From: an uncultured Acidobacteriota bacterium
GTDB taxonomy: Bacteria; Acidobacteriota; Thermoanaerobaculia; UBA5066
Assembly (NCBI GenBank): GCA_963779415.1
Contig: CAVZYA010000001.1
Coordinates: 960,001 to 1,024,000 of the forward strand
Direction of reading: 5' to 3'
DNA length: 64,000 bases
Shown here: positions 9,466 to 20,021 of the stretch, in pieces
Position numbering within the stretch: position 1 is the first letter of the stretch
Layout of the letters: the number at the start of each line of letters is the position of its first letter
Notes under the pieces: model-generated
The model's database searches: none
What the model was told of the DNA's origin: nothing
Seen by the model: only the letters and a program-made list of their open reading frames with translations
Made by a program: the position numbers and the translations under genes

Positions 9466-12117
9466 TCAGCGCCCTTCCTCCGCAAACCAGTTCAGAACGA
9501 CCGTCGTGGGAGTCATGGCCTCGCGCCCGAGCGGGGCGGCGGTGAGAAAGCGGCGCCCGTCGGCCGTGGGCAAATAGCGGCTGCGCATCACTCCCGTCAC
9601 GAACCGTCCCGAGAAGAGCGGCTGCGGGACGCCGGCCGCAAAGCCGCCGGCTGTCTGGATGGCGACGGCCATGACCTTCTGGTCGGGCGCGCGGTAGTAG
9701 AGCTCTTTTCCGTCGGCCCGCCAATGGGGCTCCACCCCTCCCGACGTGGAGATCTGCCACTTCCCTCCCGGCCCGGGGAAGTTCTGGACATAGACTTCGG
9801 CCCGGCCTGACTCGTTCGACGTGTACGCGAGAAAACGGCCGTCGGGCGAAAGGACGGGCAGGACTTCGGCGAACTGGGTCGCCAGGAATGGAACCGGCTT
9901 CCGATCGCCGGACAGGGGGAGCGCCCAGATGTCCCAGCCGGTCTCTTTCGACTGCTTCATGAAAATCACGGTCTTCCCGTCACGAGACCAGTCGCACGGA
10001 ATCTTCAGCTCGTCCGACTTCAGCAGGAGCTTCTCTTCTCCCTGTCCATCGGCCCCCTTCTCGAAGAGGTCCTGGTTGCGCGTGAAGGCGATCGTCCGGC
10101 CGTCCGGAGACCAGATGGGGCAGAACGAGTCGCCGGCGCCGAAAGTGAGGCGGGAGCTGACCCCGCGCTTCAGGTCGCGGACCCAGACGTCGAGCCTGCC
10201 GCCGCGCGGATCGGCAAGGTCGAAGGCGAGCCGGTCGCCTTCCAGAGAGAGGGCCGGATTGTGATATTCGCCCGGATCGCCAACGTTCTCCGCTTCGTGG
10301 CCGGAGCGGTCCACCCAGACCAGCCGGTTCCCCGACTCGCCCGTCCGGTAGACGAGGGTCCCGTCCCGCGAGACCGAGAATCGCGCGAGACCGACGGCGT
10401 CGGTTCCGATGTGCTCGGCCAGGGGGACCGGCTCGCCAGTCGTCTTCAGCGCCTTCGCGTCGAAGGGTTGGGCGACGAGCGTCCGGTCGCGGACGAAGAG
10501 AAGATAGCCGGGTGGCGCGTACGCGACGAGCGTCTGCGCCGGCGCGAGCGACTTCGTTTCCGTCGAGTCGAGGGAGCCGATCCGGTACTCGTTCTCCTCC
10601 GGCTTCTGCCCGGTCGCCATGTAGAGGAAGTGCCGGCCGTCGGGCAGGAACTCCGGCCATGCGACCGTCACCTCCTTGAGGGCCGGTTCGGGCTTGACCG
10701 CGACGACCGGCGTCCCCCCGGCGGCCGAGACGCGGTGGATCGGATCGGTGGCGGTGCCGTCGTACAGAATGACGCCTTCGGGGCTCCAGGTGCCGTCCGA
10801 GCCGGTCGGGGCGTCGCAGATCTTCTGGGCCGGCCCGCCGGTGGCCTCGACCTTCTTCAGCTTCCCTTCGGCCACGAAGCCGAGGAACCGGCTGTCCGGG
10901 GACCAGAAGGGGCGCGTCGTCCCCTCGGTGCCTTCGAGCGGATGCGCCGCCAGCGCGTTCAGCGCCCGCACCCAGATTCGCGTCTTCCCGGAGGAGTCCG
11001 TCGCGTTGAACGCCAGAGTGCGCCCGTCGGGCGAGATGCGGGGCGCGCCGACCGACGTGACCCCTTCCGGCATGGGAATCTCGAACCGGACGGCGCGGCG
11101 TGGCGCCGGAGCGCGGCGGACGAAGCCGATGCCGAGAGCCAGGGCCGCGAGCGCGGCGACGCCGGCGACCGCCCAGGCGAGCTTCTCGCGGTTCTTCCTC
11201 CGCGCCACCACCGGCGCGGGGAGGCCGGCCTGCGAGCCCCCCTCCGCGATCCACTGAAGCTGCAGCCGGATGTCGTGAGCCGTCTGGAAGCGGTCCTCGG
11301 GATCCTTCGCAAGACAGGTCTTCACGACGCGGTCCAGCGCCGGCGGCGTCATCGGAGCGACCGCGGCGACCGAGGCCGGTTCGTCCTTCAGTATTGCCGA
11401 GATGAGCGCGGCCTGGCTCTTTCCGTCGAACGCCTTTCGGCCCGTCGCCATCTCGTAGAGCACGGCGCCGAACGAGAAGATGTCGCTCCGGGCGTCGGCG
11501 TCCTTCCCCTCGAGCTGCTCGGGCGCCATGTACTGGAAGGTGCCGAGGATCGTCCCCTGCTGCGTGATCGCCCTCGGCATCTCGGTCGGAAGCGACGTGG
11601 CCGAGGACGACTTCACCGGCGGCAGCGCCGTCTTGGCGAGGCCGAAGTCGAGGAGCTTCACGCCGGACTTCGTCAGCATGACGTTCCCCGGCTTCAGATC
11701 GCGGTGAATGATGCCGGCGTGGTGCGCCGCGTCGAGGGCCGCCGCGATCTCGATCGAGACCTTCAGGAGCTGTTCCGGTGGGAGCGGTCCGTTCGCCAGC
11801 CGTTCCATGAGCGTCTGTCCATCGGCCAGCTCCATGACGAGCAGATGCCGCTCCGGCTGCCCAGGCGCACCGGGAATCTCCTCGAAGGAATAGAGATGGG
11901 CGATGTTGGGATGGTTCAGGCTCGCGAGCATGCGCGCCTCGCGCTCGAAGCGCGCGATGCTCTCCCTGTTCTCGAAGAACTCTTCCGGCAGGACCTTCAG
12001 CGCGACCGTCCGCTCGACGCGGGTGTCTTTCGCTCTGTAAACCTCTCCCATCCCGCCTCTCCCGAGCGGCGAGAGGACCTCGTAAGGGCCGAGCTGGGTT
12101 CCGGTCGTGATCGTCAT
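9466..12117 (-). CDS. Receptor-like Ser/Thr kinase STK5
   Basis: C-terminal half of the 1904-aa ORF, with its own start MTITTGTQLGPYE at 12117 overlapping the STK6 stop (ATGA). HRDLKPGN, DFGLAK, TM LAWAVAGVAALAALALGIGFV. Confidence 0.93.
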   Translation of the reverse strand: MTITTGTQLGPYEVLSPLGRGGMGEVYRAKDTRVERTVALKVLPEEFFENRESIARFEREARMLASLNHPNIAHLYSFEEIPGAPGQPERHLLVMELADGQTLMERLANGPLPPEQLLKVSIEIAAALDAAHHAGIIHRDLKPGNVMLTKSGVKLLDFGLAKTALPPVKSSSATSLPTEMPRAITQQGTILGTFQYMAPEQLEGKDADARSDIFSFGAVLYEMATGRKAFDGKSQAALISAILKDEPASVAAVAPMTPPALDRVVKTCLAKDPEDRFQTAHDIRLQLQWIAEGGSQAGLPAPVVARRKNREKLAWAVAGVAALAALALGIGFVRRAPAPRRAVRFEIPMPEGVTSVGAPRISPDGRTLAFNATDSSGKTRIWVRALNALAAHPLEGTEGTTRPFWSPDSRFLGFVAEGKLKKVEATGGPAQKICDAPTGSDGTWSPEGVILYDGTATDPIHRVSAAGGTPVVAVKPEPALKEVTVAWPEFLPDGRHFLYMATGQKPEENEYRIGSLDSTETKSLAPAQTLVAYAPPGYLLFVRDRTLVAQPFDAKALKTTGEPVPLAEHIGTDAVGLARFSVSRDGTLVYRTGESGNRLVWVDRSGHEAENVGDPGEYHNPALSLEGDRLAFDLADPRGGRLDVWVRDLKRGVSSRLTFGAGDSFCPIWSPDGRTIAFTRNQDLFEKGADGQGEEKLLLKSDELKIPCDWSRDGKTVIFMKQSKETGWDIWALPLSGDRKPVPFLATQFAEVLPVLSPDGRFLAYTSNESGRAEVYVQNFPGPGGKWQISTSGGVEPHWRADGKELYYRAPDQKVMAVAIQTAGGFAAGVPQPLFSGRFVTGVMRSRYLPTADGRRFLTAAPLGREAMTPTTVVLNWFAEEGR

Positions 12118-14691
12118 CGCGCCCCCTCCACGAGAAAAAGATGCGACACCATCCGTCGACAGGCGTACGCGTAGTTCCTGCCGTCGTCGGTGAAGACGAA
12201 CGGTCCGACGCTCAGGACCCCGGTCAGGTCCGCGGGACCGATCTTCATCAGCGGCCCGCGCTTCCCCGTCGCGACCTCCAGCCGCTCGATGCGCGCCGGG
12301 ACTTCGCCGCTTCGGGTGACGAGAAGGGAGCGGCCCTCCGGGCTCCATCGGATGACGGAGTCGTCGGAAGCCGATCCGGGCACGGGCCGAGGCTCGCCCT
12401 CTTCGGACGGATAGAGCATGAGGGCGCCGCCGTTCGCCGTGACGAGGATCTGCCGACCGTCCGGCGAGACGAAAGCCTGATTCGTCCCTTCCGGAGTCAC
12501 GGGGCGGGGCTTGCCGCCCGCGATCTCCTGCACGTAGCAGCGGACGCCCTTGCCCTCCTCGTGGCCGCAGACGACGATCCTCTTGCCGTCCGGGAAGAAC
12601 TGCCCCGACTCGTAGCTGACGAGGCCGCCGCGCTCGAGTCGGCGCGGCTCGCCGGCACCCGTCGGGTAGAGCATGAGTTGCGGAGGGCGTCGTCGGAACG
12701 GCCGCCAGCGCCCACTTCCCGTCGCGGGAAAGGTCCAGGGCAGCCCCTTCGCCGAGACGCACGACGGGCGACCCGTCCGTCTGTCGCAGGCAGACCGCAT
12801 AGTTCACCCCGACACTCCCGCTCTCTTCCATGAAGAGAAGCGTCCTGCCGTCCGGGGTCAGCGCCACGGGGTCGGAGAGGTCGAGCCAGGAGAGGTCCCG
12901 CTCGCGCGCCTGCCCGGGCGCGAGGGCCGGCATCTCCCGGAAGAAATCGTCCCGTGTCGCGAGCCAGCGCCCGTCACCGCGAATGTCGTGAATCGTCAGG
13001 CCGCCGGCGCTTTCGAGCGCTGTCCGGCGCTTGCCCGAGAGGCTGACCGCATAGACACGGAAGTTGTTGTAGGCGGTCCCCGCGGAAAACATGACCTCGT
13101 CCCCCTCCGGCGACCAGGCCAGACCCTCCTCGCCCCAGTAACCCTCCGAAAGGATGGTCTTCTTTCCCGCGAGGTCCACGACGGCGACCTCGCCGCGATC
13201 GTCGTACTTGAAAGGGTGCTCGAAGAACGCGATCCGGTCCCCGCGCGGCGAAAAACGCGGGTCGCTGAAGTAGCCGCCCGTCTCGCAGAGAACCTTCCCG
13301 GCAGGGAACTCCAGCCGGTCCTTCCCGCCGACGTCGCGAATCACGGCGAGGTCCGCCCCGTCCGGAGACCAGTCGGCCTCGCGCACCCCGTCGCGCATCT
13401 CCCGGGGGGCGCCTCCTTCCAACGGCATCCGCGCGAGCGTCCCTTCGAAGAGGCTGTGCGCCCTGTAATGCGCGCGGATGAGGACGGCCAGCTCCCCCCG
13501 GGACGAGATGGAGAGCAGATGGCCGCCGGGCAGCAGCCCGCGGGGGCTCGCACCCGGATAGTCCGAGCGAATCGAGAAAATCTCCGGCGTGTTGCCGGAC
13601 GACGCCGCGCTGTAGACGACGGTCTTTCCGTCCGGGGCGAGCCGGGCGTTGAAGATCGGCTCCTGCCGGAACGTGAGCTGCCCGAAGGACGGGACGGCTG
13701 CGATCGATCTCTTCCCCCGCCACTGCCCGACGGCATACGAGAGGGCGGCGGCGAGGAGAGCCAGGGCGACGGCGGCCGCCGGCAACCACCGCCGGCCGCC
13801 ACGGGGCGACGCCGGTGTGGCCGCGCGGCCGGTAGAGGAGCTTCCCGCGAGCGCCTCGAGGTCGAACGCGAGGTCGCGAGCCGACTGGAAGCGCTCCTCC
13901 GGCTTCTTCTCCAGACAGTGCCGCAGGAGCCGGTCGAGCTCGGGGGAGATCTTCGCGCCCGAGACGTCCGGCTCCGCCGGCTCCTCCTTCAGGATCGCGC
14001 TCATCGTCTCGACCGCCGACCCGCCCTTGAATGCCCGCCGGCCGGTCAGCATCTCGTAGAGGACGCATCCGAATGCGAAGATGTCCGACCGCGCGTCGGC
14101 CGCCTCCCCTTCACCTGCTCGGGCGCCATGTAACCGAGGGTCCCGAGGAGAGTCCCGGCGTCCGTGGCCTTCGCGAGCGTCGGCGAGTTCGTGTCGTCCG
14201 CCCTCCGCGACCAGCCGCTGCTTGGCGAGCCCGAAGTCGAGGATCTTCACGCGCCCGTCCGTCGTGACGAAGAGGTTCTCGGGCTTGAGGTCCCGGTGGA
14301 CGATCCCCTTCTCGTGCGCCGCCGCGAGGCCGCGGGCCATCTGCACGGACCAGTCGAGGGCCTTGCGCGTCGCGGGACGCCCCGCCGCCAGGGCCTGCCG
14401 CAGCGTCTCGCCTTCGAGGAGCTCCATGACGAGGATGTGCCGCCCCCCGCTTTCTTCGAAGGAATAGATCGCCGCGATGTTGGGATGGTTCAGCGCGGCC
14501 AGCAGCTTCGCCTCTCTCTCGAGCCGCTGCCTCTTCTCTTCACTTTCGAAGAACTCTTCGGGCAGCACCTTGACCGCGACGTCGCGGTCGAGACGGGTGT
14601 CCTTGGCCCTGTAAACCTCTCCCATTCCCCCCGCGCCGATCGGGGCGAGGACTTCGTAGGCGCCGAGGCGCGTGCCGGGAGCGAGCGTCAC
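12114..14691 (-). CDS. Receptor-like Ser/Thr kinase STK6, frameshifted in this sequence (about 3 indels)
   Basis: GTG start MTLAPGTRLGAYE. The activation segment GTLLGTLGYMAPEQ lies out of frame between compensating indels near 14200 and 14108. The C-terminus QLMLYPTGAGEP...LVEGAR is in another frame after about 12685. Confidence 0.88.
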
Positions 14692-17286
14692 CGCAGTCCC
14701 TCGACGACGTAGAGGTCGGACAGTTTCCGGCCGTACGAGAACGCCCAGCTCCTTCCGTCCCGCGTGACGTGCGTACCGAAGACGTCGACGATGCCCGTCG
14801 GGTCGGCGGGGACGAGATCCTTGTAGGGCTCCGCCTGGCCGGTCGCAAGGTCGAGCCGAAAGATCCTCGCCGGGAGGTCTCTTCCCCGCCGCACCCAGAT
14901 CGTCCCGTCCTTCGCGGCCGAACCCAGAACGATGTCGTCCGCCAGGATCCCCGGCACGGGCATGGGCTCGCCGCCGTCGAGCGACTGAAGGAAGGCCTTT
15001 CGCTCCGGCCCGATCGTGAGGAATCGCAGACCGTCGACCAGGCCCGTTCCGTTCGGCACCCGGTGGCCCTCGGGCGTCAGCGGCTTCGGCGCCCCCCCTT
15101 CGGAGTCGAGGAGGTAGGCGCGGTTGTCGTGCCCCGGCTCGGACGCCGTCATCAGGATTCGGCGGTTGTCGCCCAGCCACGCCGCCCCACGAACCCGGAG
15201 ATTCCCGAGCGGGAGCACCTTCGGCTCCCCGGGACCGGTCGGATAGATCGCGAGCTGCTGGTCGCCCGTCGGATGCACGATTGCGAGGACGCGCTTGCCG
15301 TCCGGGGAGAGCGCGAGCGCCTCGCCCTCCCCGAGACGGACGGCCGGCGAGCCGTCCGTGCCCCGGAGGAAGACCGAGTAGCCCGGCCCTCCCCCCTCGC
15401 CCGACTCGGTGAAGAGCACCGACCGGCCGTCCTGGGACAGGTCAGCGAGGAGGCTCCAGTCGAACCACGAGAGGTCGCGTTCGGCCGGATCCGCCGGCCC
15501 GCGCGTGACGACGCCGACCCGGATGAGGTCGTGCGTCATCAGGACGCGACCGTCCCGGGAGACGTCCTGAAGGGTCATGGAGCCCGCCCCGACGAGGAGG
15601 ACCCGGCTTCGCCCCGACGGCGCCACGGCACGAAGCACGCGGTTGCCGCCCGTCTCTGCCGCCGTGAACCAGATCTCCGAGCCGTCGGGCGACCACGCCA
15701 GCCCATCGGCGCTCGCGTACATGGGTGTCAGGATCGACTTCCTTCCCGACAGGTCGACGACGGCAACGGCGCCCCCGTCGTCGTTGCCGACGGGGTGGTC
15801 CAGGAAGGCGATCCGGTCTCCGCGCGGCGAGAAGCGCGGGTCGCCGATCCAGCCCGTCGTCTCGTACGAGGACCTTTCCGATCGGGTACTCGAGCCGCCG
15901 CCGGCCCGAGGCCCGGCGGACGACGGCGAGGTCCTTGCCGTCCGGCGCGAAATCCGCGAACTCGACCTCCTCGAGGATCTCGCGCGGCGCGCCGCCGCCC
16001 GTCGACGGCCGTGCGCGCGAGCGTTCCGACCCGCGTGAAGGCTCCGGAGAACCTCGAGTCGAGCGCGACGGCCATGTCGCCCGACGACGACGACGGAGAG
16101 GACGTCCGCGCCCTTGAGCCCGAACGGACGCGAGTCCGGCCCGTCGGACCGCCCGACGAAGATCTCCTCGGCGCCTCCGTCCCAGGCGGCGGAGTAGAGG
16201 ACCGACTGGCCGTCCGACCCGAAGCGGGCGTACCAGATGACGCCGCGTCGAAACGTGAGCTGGCGGAAGGAGGGCGGCGGCCGATGACCCGACCTCAGCG
16301 ACGGCGACGTAGGCGAGCGCCGGCCCCGGCGAGCGCCGCGACGACCAGAGCGCCGGCGAAGAGGCGCCTCGACGGCCGCGGCCGCGGCGCGACGCTCGTC
16401 GCCGCCGCCTCGGCCGCGCCGGAGAGACCGGAGAGCGCCTCGAGGTCGAACGCGAGGTCGCGCGCCGAGTAGAAGCGCTCCTCCGGGTTCTTCTCGAGGC
16501 AGTGCCGCACGATCCGCTCGAGCCCGGGCTGGACGTTCTTGTTCGTCGCGGAAAGGTCCGGCGGCTCCTCGCGCAGGATCGCCGAGATCGTCTCGGCCGC
16601 CGAGTCGCGGTGGAACGCGCGCTGTCCCGACAGCATCTCGTAGAGGATCGCGCCGAACGAGAAGAGGTCCGAGCGCTGGTCGGCGGGCTTGCCCTTCACC
16701 TGCTCGGGCGACATGTAGCCCAGCGTCCCCATCACGACGCCGGGCTCCGGTGCCGGCCGTCGCCGTCGGCAGGTTCGTCTGCGGACCGCCGCGCGCGCTC
16801 GGCCTGCGTCAGCTTCGCGAGGCCGAAGTCGAGGATCTTGACCCGCCCGTCGTTCGTCAGGAACAGGTTCTCGGGCTTCAGATCCCGGTGGACGATCCCC
16901 TTCTCGTGCGCGGCGGCGAGGCCCCTGCGCGATCTGCACCGCGTAGTCGATCGCCTTGCGCACCGGCGAGCGCGCCGCCCGACGATCCGCGCGCGCAGCG
17001 TCTCGCCCTCGAGCAGCTCGGTCACGATGTAGGGCGCGCCGTCGTGCGTGCCGAGGTCGTAGACCGCCGTGATGTTCGGGTGGTTCAGCGCGCCCGCCGC
17101 CTGCGCCTCCTGCTCGAAGCGCCGCAGACGGTCCGCGTCCTGCGAGTACGACGCCGGCAGGACCTTGATCGCGACGTCGCGCTTCAGCCGCTCGTCGCGC
17201 GCGCGGTAGACCTCGCCCATCCCGCCCGCGCCGATCGGCGCGAGGATTTCGTAGGGGCCGAGGCGGGTGCCGGAGGCGAGCGTCAT
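14688..17286 (-). pseudogene. Receptor-like Ser/Thr kinase STK7, multiply frameshifted (pseudogene or sequencing errors)
   Basis: Start [13 protein letters not shown] at 17286. Kinase, TM and propeller pieces are spread across ORFs 16732..19392 (end), 16295..16963, 15728..16075 and 14688..15722. Many single-base indels between about 15720 and 17000. Confidence 0.8.
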
Positions 17287-19874
17287 CTCAGCCCTTCGAC
17301 GACGTAGAGCGTGCTGCGCTGGAGGATGTAGCGTGCGGCCATGCGCTTGCCGTCGTCGCTGAACCGGATCGACGAGCAGTCGACGCCCACGTAGCCCGCG
17401 GGGCTGGCCGTCTTCCACGGCTGCCTCTTCCCGCTCGCGGCGTCGAGGGTCCACACATCGACCGGGAAGGCTCCGGGCCGCGTCACTAGGAACCGGCCGT
17501 CGGGGCGCCATTGGGTCAGGACCTCGCCGTCCTCGAGGCCGGCGACGCGCCGCACCGGCGCGTCCGGCTTTGCGAAGTCGAAGATCGCCCACCCACCCTT
17601 CTCGCGCGCGAGGAAGCTCCGGCCATTCGGGCTCAGGAGCGGCCAGGTCTCGAGGCCCGTGACGCCTTCCAGCGTGAGGGGCTTCGGGGCGTTCCCGTCG
17701 AGGCCCAGCGACCAGACCCGGTCCTCCTTCTCCCCTTCCTGGCCGATGAAGACCAGGCTCTGGCCGTCTTTCGCGAACGAGACGGACTTGATGCTGCGGA
17801 TCCCGTGCGCCGGAAGCTCGCGCGGAACGCCGGTCCCGGTCGGATAGAGCACCCAGCGCGGCGCCGGCTTGTCGAGCCAGGCCGCCGCGAGCGTTCCATC
17901 CGGCGAGAGCGCGCCGTATCCGGCGCTCTTGCCGAGAGGCGTCGCGTGCCCTCCGGAGGACGGGCGCAGGAACAGGTCGTAGCCGCCGGGATCGCCCTCT
18001 TCCTCCTCGAAGAGCAGCGTCTTCCCGTCGGAAGAGGTGTCGAGAAGGTAGCTCCACGTCCGCCAGGAAAGGTCGAGCGGCTGAACCTGCCCCTCGGCCA
18101 ACGAGAGCAGCCCGCCACGCATCTCCTCGCGGCTCATGAGGACCCGGCCGTCCGGCGCGACGTCGTGGAGGTGGAGACCGCCCGCCTGGGTGAAGACGCC
18201 GCGCTCCTTTCCCGAGAGGTCCACGGCGTAGAGGGCGCGGTTCAGGATATGCGTTCCGGCGGTGAACCAGATCTCCTGCCCCCGCCACGCCAGGCCCCGG
18301 AGAGTTCCGTAGTCCTTCGACACGAACCGCGTCTTGCCGGAGGCGACGTCGAGGACCGCGATGCGGCCCGCATCGTCGCCCGCCGCCGGATGATCGACGT
18401 ACGCGAGGAGCGACCCGTCGGGAGAGAACCGGAGATCCCCGATCCACCCGGCCGACTCGACGCGGACCCTGCCGGGTGGGTAGTCGAGAAGGGACCGTCC
18501 GCCCGCGGCACGCACGACGGCGAACTCGGACTTCGGCGCCCACGCCGCCTGGAGAACGCCGCCGAGGATCGCCTTCGGAGCGAGGTCGCCGCCGAGGGCC
18601 GACCGGGCGAGCGTCCCCTCGAACTGCCACGTGTCCGCCACCTTGCTCTTGAGCCGCAGGACGAGCTCTCCCGCACGGGACAGATCGAGCAACTGGACGT
18701 CGGTCTGGCCGAGTGGCCTTTCCTTGGGATCGACGATCGGCGTCGCGAAGAGCTGCCACGGCTCTCCCTGCCAGCTCGCGTCGTAGATGACGTCCTGGCC
18801 GCCGGGCGCGAAGCGCGCCTTCGCGATGCGTCCCTGGCGAAACGAAACCTGGTGGAAGACGGGCTGCTCGTGGCGGCCCAGGTGAACGGCTCCCGCCAGC
18901 CATGCGGCCAGAGCGGCGACGAGGACGGCGGCCGCGCCCAGGCCGGACCACGTCCAGCGGTCTCCTCTCGGACGAACCTTCTGCTTCCCTCCGTCGACGC
19001 CGGAGATCGTCGAGATGGCCTGAAGGTCGAAGGCGACGTCCTTCATCGACTGGAAGCGGTTCTCGGGCGACTTTTCGAGGCAGTGGAGAACGACGCGCTC
19101 CAGCGCCGGCGGCATCTGGCCCTTCGTGACGACGAGCGCTGCGGGATCGTCGTGAAGGATGGCGTTCATCGTCTCGACGGCCGACTCCCTTCCGAACGCC
19201 TTCCGCCCGCTCAGCATTTCGTAGAGGACGGCCCCGAAGCCGAAGATGTCGCTGCGGGGATCCGCGCTCTCGCCCCGCACCTGCTCCGGGCTCATGTAGC
19301 CGACGGTCCCCATGACGACGCCGGCCTCGGTGTGTAGGCTTCCCCCGGCCTCCGTCGGGACGCTCGTCTGCGAGCCGCTCGGACCGGACCACTTCGGCAC
19401 CTGTTTCGCGAGTCCGAAATCCAGCAGCTTTACCCGACCGTCCCGGCCAAGGAAGATGTTCTCCGGCTTCACGTCCCGGTGGACGATTCCCCGATGATGG
19501 GCCGCGGCGAGACCCTCGGCCATCTGCGACGCGAGTTCTGCGGCCTTCTTCGGCGCGAGGGCGCCCGCCCGCAGGCGGTCGCGAAGCGATTCGCCCTCGA
19601 GTAGCTCCATCACGGCGTAGGTGTGCTCCCCCTCCCTCCCGAAATCGTAGATACCGAGAATGTTCGGGTGGTTGAGGGCGGCCACGGCCTTGGCCTCGCG
19701 CTCGAACCGTGTCAGGAGATCCCCGTTCTCCGCCAGGGAGGGAGGCAGCACCTTGATGGCGACGAAGCGGTCGAGCTTCGGGTCGCGGGCCTTGTAGACC
19801 TCGCCCATGCCCCCCGCACCAACCAGTGAGTTTATTTCGTACGGCCCAAGCCTCGCACCGGCTGTCAACGTCAT
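17283..19874 (-). CDS. Receptor-like Ser/Thr kinase STK8, first gene of the array
   Basis: 863-aa ORF with [38 protein letters not shown]. Propeller begins [11 protein letters not shown]. Confidence 0.95.
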   Translation of the reverse strand: MTLTAGARLGPYEINSLVGAGGMGEVYKARDPKLDRFVAIKVLPPSLAENGDLLTRFEREAKAVAALNHPNILGIYDFGREGEHTYAVMELLEGESLRDRLRAGALAPKKAAELASQMAEGLAAAHHRGIVHRDVKPENIFLGRDGRVKLLDFGLAKQVPKWSGPSGSQTSVPTEAGGSLHTEAGVVMGTVGYMSPEQVRGESADPRSDIFGFGAVLYEMLSGRKAFGRESAVETMNAILHDDPAALVVTKGQMPPALERVVLHCLEKSPENRFQSMKDVAFDLQAISTISGVDGGKQKVRPRGDRWTWSGLGAAAVLVAALAAWLAGAVHLGRHEQPVFHQVSFRQGRIAKARFAPGGQDVIYDASWQGEPWQLFATPIVDPKERPLGQTDVQLLDLSRAGELVLRLKSKVADTWQFEGTLARSALGGDLAPKAILGGVLQAAWAPKSEFAVVRAAGGRSLLDYPPGRVRVESAGWIGDLRFSPDGSLLAYVDHPAAGDDAGRIAVLDVASGKTRFVSKDYGTLRGLAWRGQEIWFTAGTHILNRALYAVDLSGKERGVFTQAGGLHLHDVAPDGRVLMSREEMRGGLLSLAEGQVQPLDLSWRTWSYLLDTSSDGKTLLFEEEEGDPGGYDLFLRPSSGGHATPLGKSAGYGALSPDGTLAAAWLDKPAPRWVLYPTGTGVPRELPAHGIRSIKSVSFAKDGQSLVFIGQEGEKEDRVWSLGLDGNAPKPLTLEGVTGLETWPLLSPNGRSFLAREKGGWAIFDFAKPDAPVRRVAGLEDGEVLTQWRPDGRFLVTRPGAFPVDVWTLDAASGKRQPWKTASPAGYVGVDCSSIRFSDDGKRMAARYILQRSTLYVVEGLR

Positions 19875-20021
19875 TTTGAGCCCACCACCCTGAGACTGAG
19901 TCTAACCGGCAAACCTGCTTGTCCCTATGCGGTACGAACTCCAGACCGGGATCCCGGGGGGCATTGCGGCGGAGGGCGAGATGAGGGAGGCTCTCCGGGC
20001 CCGAAGACGAGGAGGCACCCT

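Noticed and set aside
9466-15180. 1904-aa ORF that looks like a double-kinase giant protein
   Set aside because: It is STK6 and STK5 joined by a frameshift near 12685. STK6's true C-terminus and stop lie in another frame with an ATGA overlap onto STK5's own start, and the N-terminal part is off-frame STK7 sequence.
1-19874. Integron, shufflon or diversity-generating retroelement explanation for the kinase array
   Set aside because: No integrase, recombinase or reverse transcriptase in the window, and no room for attC sites at overlapping junctions. The repeats cover conserved kinase and TM parts rather than an adenine-variable region.
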